64,000 bases of DNA from Candidatus Cloacimonadales bacterium (lineage in GTDB: Bacteria > Cloacimonadota > Cloacimonadia > Cloacimonadales > JAFGVF01). Under the pieces are notes generated by a model. It made no database searches. It was given only the letters and a program-made list of their open reading frames with translations, and was not told the DNA's origin. The position numbers and the translations under genes were made by a program. The stretch lies in the NCBI GenBank assembly GCA_963678315.1, contig OY782781.1, forward strand, positions 544,001 to 608,000. The letters run 5' to 3'. Position 1 is the stretch's first letter; each line of letters begins with the position of its first letter. Positions 19,285-30,789 of the stretch are shown here, one piece after another.

Positions 19285-20364
19285 ATGACTTTATCTAAAA
19301 AAGTTATTCTATTTGCTTTGTTAATTCTTGTTGTGCCTTATATCGTTAACGCTGTTGAAACAAAATACTCAATGGAAATATGGAATCGTTTCACAATGGA
19401 AGATGATGGTTCAGATGCTGATCCAGATATGTCTTTCTCACTAGAAAGAGCTTATTTAAGAATTGAACCAAAATTTACAGATAACATTAAAGGTAGATTT
19501 AATTTAGACTTTTTCTCATCAGACAAAGATGAAGATGCTAATGGTGCAGGTGTGAAATTGAAATATGCTTATTTAGATTTTAAAAACATCCTTCCTTTAC
19601 CTAAATCAAAACTTTCTGTTGGTTTAGTTAAAAACTATTTTGGTACTATTTATAGCTGGGAATATGAAACAATTCAAAAAGATCCTGCTGACAAATGGAA
19701 ATTCGCTTCATCAACTGACTACGGTGTAGTTTTATCAGGTGCTGTTCCTGCTGCTAAATTATCTTATAACTTAGGTTTATATAATGGTGAAGGTTACAAA
19801 AAAGCTGGTGGAAATGTTAATAATGAATTTGCTTTCTTAGGTAATGTAAGAATCAAACCAGTTGATATGTTAGAAATTGGTGGTACATACTCAATGAATA
19901 GTAAAAAGAATCCTAATGACGATGCAGGCGAAGAAAACCCTGATCACGAAGCTATTTCTGCTTATGCAGCTAACGCTACTTTCAAAATGGCTGGTGCTAC
20001 AGTTTTAGCTCAATATTTAGGTAAAACAACTGAAATGGACAACCTTGATGGTGTTGATGATTTAAATGAAAATGTTGTTTCAGTTTTAGCTATGTACAAT
20101 TTAAACGAAGCTGCTGGTGTTAACTTAGATTTAGTAGCTCGTTATGACATGTATGATGATGATGTAGATGGCGATGACGAAGACGGTAATGAAATCCAAA
20201 ACGGTGAAAACTTAATGTTATTTGGTTTCAATTACCACTTCCACAAAGGTCTTCAATTACAAGCTAACTATCAAATCATGTCTTATGAAGATGAAGATCT
20301 TGATGACGAAACAGAACTTATGCTTCAATTACGTTGGAAGTTTTCAAGCGTAATGGGTAAATAA
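19285..20364 (+). CDS. Outer-membrane porin, probably phosphate-selective (OprO/P-like)
   Basis: Signal peptide; FSLERAYL and LKYAYLDF motifs; amphipathic strands ending LQLRWKF; first gene of the pst operon. Confidence 0.75.
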   Translation: MTLSKKVILFALLILVVPYIVNAVETKYSMEIWNRFTMEDDGSDADPDMSFSLERAYLRIEPKFTDNIKGRFNLDFFSSDKDEDANGAGVKLKYAYLDFKNILPLPKSKLSVGLVKNYFGTIYSWEYETIQKDPADKWKFASSTDYGVVLSGAVPAAKLSYNLGLYNGEGYKKAGGNVNNEFAFLGNVRIKPVDMLEIGGTYSMNSKKNPNDDAGEENPDHEAISAYAANATFKMAGATVLAQYLGKTTEMDNLDGVDDLNENVVSVLAMYNLNEAAGVNLDLVARYDMYDDDVDGDDEDGNEIQNGENLMLFGFNYHFHKGLQLQANYQIMSYEDEDLDDETELMLQLRWKFSSVMGK

Positions 20365-20393
20365 TTAAATATTAAACATATAGGAGATTTATA

Positions 20394-21218
20394 ATGAAAA
20401 AAACCATATTATTACTAATAGTATTAAGCTTATTAACAATGCTTGTAGGTTGCGGTGAAAAAAAGGGTAAAATTACAATGTCAGGATCAACAACAGTTCT
20501 TCCAATAGCTCAAGCATGTGCTGAAGCTTTCATGGACAAAAATCCTGGTGTAAACATCTCAGTTAGAGGTGGCGGATCATCAATAGGTATCAAAGATATC
20601 ATGGCTGGAACAGTTCAAATTGGTAATGCTTCTAGAGCTGCTAAACAAAAAGAAATTGATGCTGCTAAAAAAGATGGTATCGAGTTAAACCAAATCATCG
20701 TTGCTAATGATGGTATTGCAATGATCGTTCACCCTTCTAACCCTATCAAAAACTTAACACAACAACAAATCATTGATATCTATACAGGTAAAATTACTAA
20801 CTGGAATCAACTTGGTGGAAACGACCAAAATATCGTTGTAATTTCTAGAGATACTGCTTCTGGTACTTATGAAATCTTCCACAAAAAAGCTATCAAGAAA
20901 AACAAAGTTATGCCTGGTTCACAAATGTTAGCATCTAACAATGCTGTTGTAACATCAGTTAAAGACACTCCTGGTGCTATTGGTTATGCTGGCCTTGGTT
21001 ATGTTGAAGGTAAAAGCACAATTAAAGCTGTAACTGTTGATGGCACAGAATGTACTATCTCTAACGTAGTTAGCGAAAAATACCTTATCTCAAGAAAATT
21101 AAACATGTACACTAATGGTAAACCTGAAGGTATTACTAAAGAATTTATCGATTTTATCTTATCAGATGAAGGACAAGAAATCGTAGAAAAGAACGGTTTT
21201 ATCAAATTACAAAAATAA
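20394..21218 (+). CDS. pstS: Phosphate ABC transporter substrate-binding lipoprotein
   Basis: Lipobox LVG-C; SGSTTV, GGGSSIG and SRDTASGT motifs. Confidence 0.93.
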   Translation: MKKTILLLIVLSLLTMLVGCGEKKGKITMSGSTTVLPIAQACAEAFMDKNPGVNISVRGGGSSIGIKDIMAGTVQIGNASRAAKQKEIDAAKKDGIELNQIIVANDGIAMIVHPSNPIKNLTQQQIIDIYTGKITNWNQLGGNDQNIVVISRDTASGTYEIFHKKAIKKNKVMPGSQMLASNNAVVTSVKDTPGAIGYAGLGYVEGKSTIKAVTVDGTECTISNVVSEKYLISRKLNMYTNGKPEGITKEFIDFILSDEGQEIVEKNGFIKLQK

Positions 21219-21249
21219 GCAATAAGCGTGCAACAGATAGAAGAAACGA

Positions 21250-21282
21250 TGAAACCCGAGTTTTGCCTTAGCTCGGGTTTCA
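21250..21282 (+). terminator. Hairpin after pstS (stabilising or attenuating)
   Basis: TGAAACCCGAG...CTCGGGTTTCA 11-bp stem without a T-tail. Confidence 0.6.
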
Positions 21283-21303
21283 ACTTAAGAAAAAGAGGAT
21301 TAT

Positions 21304-22191
21304 GTGAAAGATTTTAAAGAGCTATTATTTAAGAGTGTAACTTACCTAGCAGCAATGTTTTCAATACTTGCTTTGTTTGGAATTATCTATACTCTATTCT
21401 TAGAAGGACTACCTCTATTCAAAGCAGATACATTTAGCGGTTCATTAGCAATTGCTAAAGAGTTCTTATTTTCTAATAAGTGGTATCCAACTAGCGATGT
21501 TCCAGTTTTCGGATCTTTGTCACTCTTAGTGGGTTCATTGCTTGTGACGCTTGGCGCATTAGTTATTGGTATTCCTATTGGGCTAGGCTCTGCTATTTAC
21601 ATTTCTGAAATAGCTAGTCCTAGAGTTAAAGAAACTTTGAAGCCTATGATAGAGTTGCTAGCAGGTATTCCATCAGTTGTTTATGGGCTGTTTGGTATGG
21701 CTTTCCTTGCTCCATTTCTAATTAGAACATTCGGTATCGATACTGGACAAAACGTCTTTTCTGCTAGTATCATTCTAGGAATCATGATAATTCCTATTAT
21801 ATCAAGTATGTCAGAAGATGCTCTTTCTAATGTCCCAAGAATATTAAGAGAAGCTTCTTATGGATTAGGAGCTACAAGATGGGAAACAATAACTAGAGTT
21901 GTTGTACCTGCAGCAAAAACAGGTATAGTTGGTAGCTTTGTACTTGGATTTGGTAGAGCTATTGGTGAAACTATGGTTGTTATCATGGTTGCTGGTGGAG
22001 CTGCTCAAATTCCAAATTCAATCTTCCAACCAGTAAGACCTTTGACCACATCTATTGCTGCTGAAATGGGTGAAACTGCTATCGGTACTCCCCACTTCCA
22101 TGCTTTATTTGCTTTAGCAATAATGCTATTTATTATTACATTCGTTACTAACTTATTTACTGAATTATTCCTTTTCAAAAAGGTTAAGTAG
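21304..22191 (+). CDS. pstC: Phosphate ABC permease
   Basis: ELLAGIPSVVYGLFG, EASYGLGATRWE and GRAIGETM motifs. Confidence 0.94.
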   Translation: MKDFKELLFKSVTYLAAMFSILALFGIIYTLFLEGLPLFKADTFSGSLAIAKEFLFSNKWYPTSDVPVFGSLSLLVGSLLVTLGALVIGIPIGLGSAIYISEIASPRVKETLKPMIELLAGIPSVVYGLFGMAFLAPFLIRTFGIDTGQNVFSASIILGIMIIPIISSMSEDALSNVPRILREASYGLGATRWETITRVVVPAAKTGIVGSFVLGFGRAIGETMVVIMVAGGAAQIPNSIFQPVRPLTTSIAAEMGETAIGTPHFHALFALAIMLFIITFVTNLFTELFLFKKVK

Positions 22192-22200
22192 GAGTCAAAG

Positions 22201-23055
22201 ATGAATATAAGAAAAGTAAAAGAACACGTTGGTGTTAATTTATTAAGACTTGGCCTACTACTAACAGGCCTATTCTTAGTCTCCTTTATGTATATTATAT
22301 TTTCCAAAGGGCTTGGGGTAATTAGTTGGACATTCTTAACTGATATACCAAGAAATTCAATGACTGCTGGTGGTATTTTCCCAGCAATTGTAGGAACTTT
22401 AGCTTTAACTGTTCTGTCTATTGCAATAGCTTTACCTCTTGGTGTATTAACTGCGATCTATATGGTCCATCTTGCTAAACCATATTGGCTTGTTAGAGTT
22501 GTTAGAATTGCCGTTAATACTTTAGCTGGTGTTCCATCAATTATCTATGGTTTATTTGGGCTAACTCTATTCGTTAGAATGTTACATTTTGATATATCAA
22601 TTTTGGCCGGTTCCTTAACTTTGGCTGTTTTAGCTTTACCTGTTATAATTAATGCAAGTGAAGAAGCATTAAGAGGTGTACCAAAGAGTTTCAGAGAAGG
22701 TTCTTTAGCTTTAGGTGCAACTGAACGTCAAACTATCATGAGAGTTGTTGTTCCAACAGCCCTGCCTAATATTCTTACTGGTGCTATTATTTCTATTGGT
22801 CGTGTAGCCGGGGAAACTGCCCCAATTATGTTTACTGCTGCAACTTTCTATACAAGACTATTACCTTCTACTGTTATGGATGAAGTTATGGCATTACCCT
22901 TCCATATATATGCACTTATGACAGAAGGTAGTCATGGAACAGAACAAGTACCAATTGCTTACGGTACAGCAGTTGTATTATTAATGCTGGTCTTAATGGT
23001 ATCAGCAGTCGCTATTTTTATTAGATATAGAATGAGGAAGAAAAGAAAATGGTAA
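22201..23055 (+). CDS. pstA: Phosphate ABC permease
   Basis: [23 protein letters not shown] and GRVAGETAP motifs. Confidence 0.94.
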   Translation: MNIRKVKEHVGVNLLRLGLLLTGLFLVSFMYIIFSKGLGVISWTFLTDIPRNSMTAGGIFPAIVGTLALTVLSIAIALPLGVLTAIYMVHLAKPYWLVRVVRIAVNTLAGVPSIIYGLFGLTLFVRMLHFDISILAGSLTLAVLALPVIINASEEALRGVPKSFREGSLALGATERQTIMRVVVPTALPNILTGAIISIGRVAGETAPIMFTAATFYTRLLPSTVMDEVMALPFHIYALMTEGSHGTEQVPIAYGTAVVLLMLVLMVSAVAIFIRYRMRKKRKW

Positions 23056-23810
23056 ATAAAGAATTATTGAATACAAAGAATTTGAAATTATGGTTCGGAG
23101 ATAACTACGTATTACACGATTTAGACTTCACAGTTCATGAAAAGAAGATTACCGCTCTGATAGGACCTTCAGGTTGCGGAAAATCAACATTATTAAGATG
23201 CTTTAACAGAATGAACGACTTAATTCCTGAATGTAGAATAGAAGGTCAAATTCTTCTTAACGGAGAAAATATATATGACCCTAAAGCTGATGTAACCGAT
23301 ATAAGAACAAGAATTGGTATGGTTTTCCAAAGACCTAATCCATTCCCAAAATCTATCTATAATAACGTGGCTTATGGTCTGCAAATTAGAGGAGAAAAAA
23401 GAAAGAGTGTTCTGGATGAAGTTGTTGAGACTTCTCTTAGAGGTGCTTGGCTTTGGGATGAAGTAAAAGACAGACTTCATACTTCTGCTTTCTCATTATC
23501 TGGTGGACAACAGCAAAGACTGTGCATTGCCAGAGGCTTGGCAAACAACCCTGAGGTTCTTTTACTTGATGAACCAACCTCAGCTTTAGACCCAAAATCA
23601 ACTGCTAAAGTTGAAGAATTATGTATTGAACTAAAAGATAAAGTGACAATTTTGATAGTAACTCATAATATTGCACAAGCTGGTAGAATCTCTGATTATA
23701 CTACTTTCATGTATCTTGGTGATATTGTGGAATTTGGTGATACAAAGACTGTTTTTACTGTACCTAAAGACAAACGTACAGAAGCCTACTTAACCGGGGT
23801 TTTCGGCTAG
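23049..23810 (+). CDS. pstB: Phosphate ABC ATPase
   Basis: [23 protein letters not shown] and [13 protein letters not shown] motifs. Confidence 0.96.
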   Translation: MVNKELLNTKNLKLWFGDNYVLHDLDFTVHEKKITALIGPSGCGKSTLLRCFNRMNDLIPECRIEGQILLNGENIYDPKADVTDIRTRIGMVFQRPNPFPKSIYNNVAYGLQIRGEKRKSVLDEVVETSLRGAWLWDEVKDRLHTSAFSLSGGQQQRLCIARGLANNPEVLLLDEPTSALDPKSTAKVEELCIELKDKVTILIVTHNIAQAGRISDYTTFMYLGDIVEFGDTKTVFTVPKDKRTEAYLTGVFG

Positions 23811-23828
23811 TAAAAGAAAGGAGATATA

Positions 23829-24473
23829 ATGTTAACACCAAAAATAATTGATTTGAAAAAAAGCTTGATGGATATGGCTGGTTATATCCAAAAGATGATT
23901 GAAATATGCATCACTTCCATGAAAGATATGAATGTTGAAAACTTAGAAGATGTTGCATATTACGAGAATAAAGTTAATGAATTAGAGCTGGAAATTGATG
24001 ATAGATGTGCTGCTTTAATAGCGCTCTATCAACCTGAAGCTAAAGACTTAAGATATATCTTAATGATTATAAAAATGAACAATGACTTCGAAAGATTAGG
24101 CGATTTGGCTTATAAGATAGCAGACAGTTTACTTGCTCTTAAAGATGATACTCTTATCTTGAAAATGGATGAATTGTCTCAAATGGCTAAGAAAAGCTAT
24201 TCTATGTTAAGAGATAGTATTATCGCTTTCACTGATGAAGATACAGAAACTTCTAAAACAATCGGTGCAAGAGATGATGAGGTAGACAAACTTTATGAAG
24301 AACTCTATACTCATATCAAGAAGATTTTGAGAGACACTGACAATAATGTTGAACCAAGTCTACACATCCTAAGAATAGCTAGTAAGTTTGAGCGTATAGC
24401 TGACTTATCAACAAACATTAGCGAAAGTACTATTTACTTAGTTGATGGTGATGTAATTAAACATAAAAGCTAA
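23829..24473 (+). CDS. phoU: Phosphate signalling protein PhoU
   Basis: QPEAKDLR, ERLGD, DDEVD and ERIAD motifs. Confidence 0.93.
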   Translation: MLTPKIIDLKKSLMDMAGYIQKMIEICITSMKDMNVENLEDVAYYENKVNELELEIDDRCAALIALYQPEAKDLRYILMIIKMNNDFERLGDLAYKIADSLLALKDDTLILKMDELSQMAKKSYSMLRDSIIAFTDEDTETSKTIGARDDEVDKLYEELYTHIKKILRDTDNNVEPSLHILRIASKFERIADLSTNISESTIYLVDGDVIKHKS

Positions 24474-24483
24474 AGGAGAAGGT

Positions 24484-25176
24484 ATGTTAAATCAAAAGAA
24501 CTTGCTATTTATTGTTGATGATGAGCCTGATATTCTTGAACTTCTAGAACTCCAATTAGGAAATGCTGGTTTTGAAGTTAAGTCTTTTGAAAATGGTAAC
24601 GACCTACTTCTTGCACTAGAAAACCAAGTCCCGAACCTATTACTTCTTGATTTAATGCTTCCTGATATTGATGGTACTGATATCTGTAAGCAGCTAAGAA
24701 ATTCAGATAAGTTCAAGCATTTGCCAATCATCATGCTTACAGCTAAAGGTGAAGAAGTAGATAAGGTCTTGGGCTTAGAATTAGGAGCAGACGATTATCT
24801 AGCAAAACCTTTTTCTCCTAGAGAACTAGTTGCAAGAATCAAAGCTGTGCTACGTCGTGTAGAAAGTGCAAACTCTAGTTCTGACTTCTTGAACATAGGA
24901 AATTTACTTCAAATAGATAAGAGAAGATTTGAAATTAAAATAGAAGGTGAAAAAATTTATTTAACTACCACCGAATTTAAGATTCTAGAACTTCTTGCAT
25001 CACATCCAGGCTGGGTGTATTCAAGAGAACAAATTCTTAACCACTTGTGGGGAAAAGAGAAAATAGTTCTTGACCGTACCATTGATGTACATATAAGAAA
25101 TTTACGCTCTAAAATAGGTGAAGTAAGTAATTTTATTAAAAACATTCGTGGTATCGGATATAAATTTGAGGTTTAA
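24484..25176 (+). CDS. phoB: OmpR-family response regulator PhoB/PhoP
   Basis: REC domain (LLDLMLP, GADDYLAKPF) plus wHTH (RTIDVHIRNLR); operon context. Confidence 0.88.
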   Translation: MLNQKNLLFIVDDEPDILELLELQLGNAGFEVKSFENGNDLLLALENQVPNLLLLDLMLPDIDGTDICKQLRNSDKFKHLPIIMLTAKGEEVDKVLGLELGADDYLAKPFSPRELVARIKAVLRRVESANSSSDFLNIGNLLQIDKRRFEIKIEGEKIYLTTTEFKILELLASHPGWVYSREQILNHLWGKEKIVLDRTIDVHIRNLRSKIGEVSNFIKNIRGIGYKFEV

Positions 25177-26909
25177 TGCTTAGAAGGAATTCAATATTTA
25201 GCAAGATTCTAGGATCCTATCTTATAATTTCTATAACCCTTGTGATATTGATCTTTGTTCTATCCTTTAAAATGGTAAATGATAGATACATTGACAGACT
25301 AACACAAGATTTAGAAGTTCAAGGTAAATCTACATATAATCTTCTTGAAGATGATATATTGAATAGTAGCCCTGACACTATAAACGAGAAAATTGCCAAA
25401 GTATCAGAGACTATTCAAGCTAGAATCACTATCATCGATATTAATGGTATAGTGCTATACGAATCTGATAAAGATCCCGAACACATGGATAATCATGCAG
25501 ATAGAAAAGAAGTTGTTATAGCACTTGATGGACAAACAGGTTCATCAGTTAGATACTCGGCAACACTTAAGAAAGAAATGCTCTATGTCGCTGTTCCCAT
25601 TATGAGAAACCAGAGGCTCTTGTACATTTCTAGACTAAGTGTTCCTATTGATGATATTCATTTATTATTAGATGATTTCAAGCAAGGTATCATAAACTCT
25701 GCATTAATTTTGCTAGTATTGGCTTTCATAATTGCATTTATTCTTGCTAAGCATTTTTCCAAACCAATCAATCAACTTAGCGTTGCTTTTAAAGAAGTAT
25801 CTGATGGAAACCTATCTAAGAAAGTTGAAGTTTCATCTAGCTATGAAATTCACGAGCTAGCAAAGTCTTTTAATCTGATGGCAAAAAAACTATCTGTATC
25901 GGTCAATGAACTACGTGATAAAAGCAATCAGTTAGAGACTATAATTGACTCAATTAACGAAGTTCTGTGGTTGCAAGATTACCAAGGCTTGCTTATTGCA
26001 GCAAATGATAGTTTTAAGAAGATGTATAAATCGAAAGTCTATCAAGATAAGTACATCTGGGAATTAATCCATGACCCTGACACTAAAAAGGTTATAGAAA
26101 AAGTAAATCCCCAGAATGCTCATATCATTAAAGAGATAAGAATAGCCGAAAAGTGGTATATTCTTAGTTCTTCAAAACTAGACGATGAGAAGGTAATATT
26201 TGTACTGCATGATGTTTCAGAGCTTAAAGAAATTGAAAAGTTTAAGAAGGACTTTGTTATCAATGCTAGCCATGAGCTTCGTACTCCTTTAACCGCTATA
26301 AAAGGTTTTTCTGAACACTTACTAGATAATGCTCAAGATTCCGATGCTAGATATCTAAATATCATATTAAGGAATACTGAACGCTTAATTCATTTAGTAA
26401 ATGATATTCAGTCTTTAGCTAAACTTGAACAAAAACCCCTTCTAAGAGCTACAAACATTAATTTATTAGACTTTCTTGCTAATACCAAAAGTATCTTTGA
26501 AGAGAAGCTTAAATCCAATAAACTATATCTTAACTTGAATATTCCTGATAACTTACCTCAACTGGAAGTAGATAAGTTCAAGTTTGAGCAAATCTTTGTT
26601 AATCTAATTGATAATGCCATAAGATACACTTCAGAAGGTGGAATTACTATTTCAGCTGAAGCACAATACCACAGCATAGTAATTAAGATTACAGACACAG
26701 GTATTGGTATTCCTGAAGAACATCTACCAAGACTATTTGAACGCTTCTATGTGGTTGATAAATCACGCAATAGAAAGAATGGTGGCACTGGATTAGGCCT
26801 TTCTATTGTTAAACATATAGTGCAACTTCATAATGGTTCTATTAAGGCTGAATCATCACTTGGTAAAGGAACAAGCTTCATTATAACCCTACCTCAAAAA
26901 TATGTATAA
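25176..26909 (+). CDS. phoR: Sensor histidine kinase PhoR
   Basis: 2 TM, MDNHADRKEV, HAMP, PAS-like, SHELRTPL, GGTGLGLSIVKH. Confidence 0.88.
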   Translation: MLRRNSIFSKILGSYLIISITLVILIFVLSFKMVNDRYIDRLTQDLEVQGKSTYNLLEDDILNSSPDTINEKIAKVSETIQARITIIDINGIVLYESDKDPEHMDNHADRKEVVIALDGQTGSSVRYSATLKKEMLYVAVPIMRNQRLLYISRLSVPIDDIHLLLDDFKQGIINSALILLVLAFIIAFILAKHFSKPINQLSVAFKEVSDGNLSKKVEVSSSYEIHELAKSFNLMAKKLSVSVNELRDKSNQLETIIDSINEVLWLQDYQGLLIAANDSFKKMYKSKVYQDKYIWELIHDPDTKKVIEKVNPQNAHIIKEIRIAEKWYILSSSKLDDEKVIFVLHDVSELKEIEKFKKDFVINASHELRTPLTAIKGFSEHLLDNAQDSDARYLNIILRNTERLIHLVNDIQSLAKLEQKPLLRATNINLLDFLANTKSIFEEKLKSNKLYLNLNIPDNLPQLEVDKFKFEQIFVNLIDNAIRYTSEGGITISAEAQYHSIVIKITDTGIGIPEEHLPRLFERFYVVDKSRNRKNGGTGLGLSIVKHIVQLHNGSIKAESSLGKGTSFIITLPQKYV

Positions 26910-27402
26910 AACACTGAGTGCTTCTGATAATATTTATGACCAGAAAATGGCTGAGCTCTTTCCATTGGTTAAATCTATAGCTCTGAAGTATGCAGACTAT
27001 AACAATGATGTAGATGACTTAGTCCAAGAAGGTATGATAGGAGTTATAAAAGCTGTTGATAACTTCACAGAAGAAAAAGACACTAAATTCTCGACTTATG
27101 CTGTGTATTGGATTAAAAAGTATATCTTAGATTATTTAAATAGGAATTCCACAACAAGCCACTTTGAGTATTCTGAACTTGATGATTATACAGAAGATGA
27201 AGTTCAGAAAGAAAACACCATCTCTCTTAACTTCCCCGACAACTTTCCTGAATTAGAAAAGAAAGTAATTGTCCAGCTTTACGAGCATGAATTCACTCTT
27301 TCTCAAGTTGCTAAGAATCTTAGTATCACTAGAGAAAGAGCAAGACAGCTCAAGGAGAAAGCCCTTCGCCGACTAAAGGCTTTCGGATACACTATTGGGT
27401 AA
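26902..27402 (+). CDS. Small sigma70-family sigma factor (regions 2 and 4 only)
   Basis: DDLVQEGMIGVIKAV...KFSTYAVYWIK (region 2); TLSQVA..LSITRERARQL (region 4); overlaps phoR stop. Confidence 0.85.
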   Translation: MYKTLSASDNIYDQKMAELFPLVKSIALKYADYNNDVDDLVQEGMIGVIKAVDNFTEEKDTKFSTYAVYWIKKYILDYLNRNSTTSHFEYSELDDYTEDEVQKENTISLNFPDNFPELEKKVIVQLYEHEFTLSQVAKNLSITRERARQLKEKALRRLKAFGYTIG

Positions 27403-27495
27403 AATCTCCCTCATCTACCATAAAATAATTGACACTAAAATTACTCCATTTAAATTAAGTAAAAATACTTTTATGGCTATATTGAATAAAATGAG

Positions 27496-28530
27496 GTGTC
27501 GATGTTAGAAAGAATTAGTAATCCTAATGAGTTTGGTGAAGAAAAAGATTTTGACAGGGCTTTACGACCTAAGCGCCTTAGCGATTTCGTTGGTCAAGAC
27601 CATATAAAAGAGCTACTAGATATATCAATTCAAGCAGCTAAATTAAGAAACGAACCCCTTGACCATGTTCTTCTTTACGGACCTCCAGGTCTTGGTAAAA
27701 CCACCCTTTCTAATATTATTGCAAATGAATTAGGTGTTGAGATTAAGATTACTTCTGGACCTGTTCTTGAAAAGCCATCAGATTTAGCTGGTATCCTAAC
27801 TAATCTCCAACGCTATGACGCCCTCTTTATTGATGAAATTCACCGACTTAACCATGTTGTAGAAGAATACATCTATCCGGCTATGGAAGACTTCCAAATG
27901 GAGATCATTCTCGATAGCGGACCTTCTGCTAGATCATTACAAATTGACTTAGAGCCCTTCACAATGATAGGTGCTACAACTAGAGCAGGCTTGTTAACAG
28001 CTCCTCTTCGTGATAGATTCGGCCTTGTTTTAAGATTAAACTACTATGAACAATCAGCTATTGAAAGCATTATTAAACGTTCTGCAAGCATCCTTGATGT
28101 CCCAATTGAAGAAGAAGGAGTTATTGAGTTAGCTAGACGTTCTCGTGGTACTCCTAGAGTTGCAAACAGACTTCTAAGAAGAGTTCGTGACTACGCCCAG
28201 ATTAGAGGAAATGGCATCATCACCAAAGACATCGCCATGAAGGCGCTTAAGATGTTAAATGTTGATGAAGAAGGTCTTGATGAAATGGATAAAAAGATTC
28301 TTCTTACTATAATAGAGAACTTTAAGGGTGGACCTGTAGGCATCAAAACTCTAGCTGTAGCAGTAGGTGAAGACCCGGGAACAATAGAAGAAATCTTTGA
28401 GCCATATCTTATTCAGAAAGGATTCCTTGAAAGAACCATGCAAGGAAGAAAGGCATCATTCAAAGCCTACAAACATTTCAAGCTTGATCAACATTCAGAT
28501 CAAATTTCTATCTTTGGCTTAGAGGAATAA
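27496..28530 (+). CDS. ruvB: Holliday junction branch migration helicase RuvB
   Basis: [30 protein letters not shown] and [11 protein letters not shown] motifs. Confidence 0.97.
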   Translation: MSMLERISNPNEFGEEKDFDRALRPKRLSDFVGQDHIKELLDISIQAAKLRNEPLDHVLLYGPPGLGKTTLSNIIANELGVEIKITSGPVLEKPSDLAGILTNLQRYDALFIDEIHRLNHVVEEYIYPAMEDFQMEIILDSGPSARSLQIDLEPFTMIGATTRAGLLTAPLRDRFGLVLRLNYYEQSAIESIIKRSASILDVPIEEEGVIELARRSRGTPRVANRLLRRVRDYAQIRGNGIITKDIAMKALKMLNVDEEGLDEMDKKILLTIIENFKGGPVGIKTLAVAVGEDPGTIEEIFEPYLIQKGFLERTMQGRKASFKAYKHFKLDQHSDQISIFGLEE

Positions 28531-28557
28531 TACAAGCACCTAATTTCTTCCCCTATC

Positions 28558-28606
28558 CTTAAGTGCATCTTGCATAAATCTGATTTTTAATGCAGGAGGG
28601 GCTTAA
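28558..28606. repeat. Degenerate copy of the 49-bp palindromic module
   Basis: CTTAAGTGCATCTTGCATAAATCTGATTTTTAATGCAGGAGGGGCTTAA resembles 58801-58849 in length and layout. Confidence 0.45.
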
Positions 28607-28739
28607 CAGGATTAAGATTGAGCAAGTGTATATTCAAGATTTCTTTATAAGCAAAGTGCATCTTCTAACCTTAACCTTATTGTTTCTTAACTCACTCTTT
28701 TCTTGACATCAATTAGCAATAATGTGAATTTGTTAATAT

Positions 28740-29405
28740 ATGAATAATATGAACGATTTAAAAATTATAGATAAAAATATCGACCACTTACTCTTTGATT
28801 TTGATGGTACTATTGCTGACACACTATCACTTAGTGTAGAACTGTATAATGAGATAGCTAAACAATATAACTTTGTTAGTGCTGACAATTCTGAATTACC
28901 ACGATTGATGAGTATGACAATCACTGAGATTCTTAAGTTAAAGAATATCCCGATTTATATGGTACCTATTGCTTTGCTTAATGCTAAGAAGAAGATGAAG
29001 AATAGAATAGCTGAAGTAAAACCATTTGCTGGTATTAAGAAGTTTTTACATGATTTAAAAGATGCTGGCTATCATCTTTCAATTATCTCTTCTAACTCTA
29101 AGGAGAATATGCTCAAATTCTTTAAGAACAATGATATAGATGTTTTTGATTACATCTATTCAAGCACTTCCCTATTTGGAAAGGATAAGTTAATTAAGCA
29201 CTATCTTAAAGCTGTTAAGACTACTTCAGAAAAGGTTCTTTATATCGGTGACGAGATTAGAGACATAGAATCTGCTAAAGTTTCTAACATTAAGATAGTT
29301 TCAGTTACTTGGGGATTCAATAATAAAGAACTTATTGAACAACACGAGCCTAACTATATAGTTGATACTGTCAACGAATTAGAATCTCTTCTTATACCTA
29401 GTTAA
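28740..29405 (+). CDS. HAD-superfamily hydrolase (phosphoglycolate phosphatase-like)
   Basis: FDFDGTIAD, SSN, YIGDEIRD and VTWGF motifs. Confidence 0.9.
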   Translation: MNNMNDLKIIDKNIDHLLFDFDGTIADTLSLSVELYNEIAKQYNFVSADNSELPRLMSMTITEILKLKNIPIYMVPIALLNAKKKMKNRIAEVKPFAGIKKFLHDLKDAGYHLSIISSNSKENMLKFFKNNDIDVFDYIYSSTSLFGKDKLIKHYLKAVKTTSEKVLYIGDEIRDIESAKVSNIKIVSVTWGFNNKELIEQHEPNYIVDTVNELESLLIPS

Positions 29406-29424
29406 AACAATTAAAGGATTTTAT

Positions 29425-30681
29425 ATGAAAATAGCTGTAGTGGGATTTGGGGCAGCTGCGATTGGATTTCTTCACTCACTAAAAGGCTCTCAACATGAGA
29501 TTATTGTCTTAGAGAAGGCTAAAGATATTCACTCTAGTTCAGTTTCTGGGATTAGAGCTGATGGTAAAATATTCGTTTCTTCTGAGATGGGTGGAGACCT
29601 TGATGTTGATATCGAACTTCAACAAAAAGTTGTGGATTACTACCTTTCAAATGTTGATTGTTCCGATGAAGAAATAGAACGTGGTAAATCTTTCTCGAAT
29701 TCAGAATACTTTGAAAACTTCTACGCTGAAGGATTTAATCCTGTGCAATCAGATTTCTGGCATATTGGCACAGATGAGCTTAAGAACGTTGTCACAAACA
29801 TCTTTAATGAGTTAAATTCTTATGATAACATAACATTTAGATTTAATTCTCAAGTTGTAGATGTAAGAATAGATACTAATCCTCTAGTGCATTTTGCTGA
29901 TGGCTCTCAAGAAGAGTTCGATAATGTTGTTATTGGTGCCGGTAGAACTGGTCATAGACTAGTAAAAGCTGTAATCAATGAACATCCTGAACTCATCATG
30001 GAGAACACTAAGGTTGATTTAGGTGTGCGTTTCGAGCTTCCCAATCATATCGTTGATGCACTCAATAAAGAAATGTACGAGTTTAAAGTTAAACTCAGAA
30101 CTGCCACAGGTTATTCTGTAAGAACTTTCTGTAATAACCCTTCTGGTTATGTGGTTACTGAAAAGTACGAAGATTTTATGACTGTAAACGGCCATGCCAA
30201 GCTACAAGAAAAAAGCACGAATACCAACTTTGCTATCCTAGTAACTCACTCCTTCACAGAACCATTTAACAACCCTATTGGCTACGGTTCTTATATTGCT
30301 AAATTGTCTAACATTTTGGCAGGAGGAAACAAAGTCATTCTTCAAACATTTGGTGATTTCAAAAGGAATAAAAGAACTAAACATCTTGGCAGAGTCAACC
30401 CTACCCTACCTTCAGAACAGTATATATTAGGCGATTTAAATTTAGCCTTCCCGGGTAAGACTTGCAACGCTCTAGTTGAATTCATTGAAACACTCGACAA
30501 AGTAATCCCTGGTATAGCATACAGTGACAACTTGATGTATGGTACTGAATGCAAGTTCTACAGCAATAAAGTTGCTAATAATAATGCTAAAATCAAATTT
30601 ATTGGAGATTGTTCAGGTTGGACTCGTTCAATCACCTATGCGACAGCACATGGATATTATTTGGCTGAAGAATATAAATAA
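29425..30681 (+). CDS. FAD/NAD(P)-dependent oxidoreductase
   Basis: VVGFGAAA Rossmann motif; VDLGVRFE, RTFCNNP, VNGH and GDCSGWTRSI motifs. Confidence 0.85.
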   Translation: MKIAVVGFGAAAIGFLHSLKGSQHEIIVLEKAKDIHSSSVSGIRADGKIFVSSEMGGDLDVDIELQQKVVDYYLSNVDCSDEEIERGKSFSNSEYFENFYAEGFNPVQSDFWHIGTDELKNVVTNIFNELNSYDNITFRFNSQVVDVRIDTNPLVHFADGSQEEFDNVVIGAGRTGHRLVKAVINEHPELIMENTKVDLGVRFELPNHIVDALNKEMYEFKVKLRTATGYSVRTFCNNPSGYVVTEKYEDFMTVNGHAKLQEKSTNTNFAILVTHSFTEPFNNPIGYGSYIAKLSNILAGGNKVILQTFGDFKRNKRTKHLGRVNPTLPSEQYILGDLNLAFPGKTCNALVEFIETLDKVIPGIAYSDNLMYGTECKFYSNKVANNNAKIKFIGDCSGWTRSITYATAHGYYLAEEYK

Positions 30682-30704
30682 TAAAACATAAAAAATAGAT
30701 TATT

Positions 30705-30733
30705 GAGCTTTGACATTGTCAGAGCTCTTTTTT
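30705..30733 (+). terminator. Rho-independent terminator
   Basis: GAGCTTTGAC-ATT-GTCAGAGCTC followed by a T run. Confidence 0.8.
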
Positions 30734-30789
30734 GCATTAAACATGATAAAGCATTAGGACTAAAACATAATTAATTTTTCTGAATTTAC

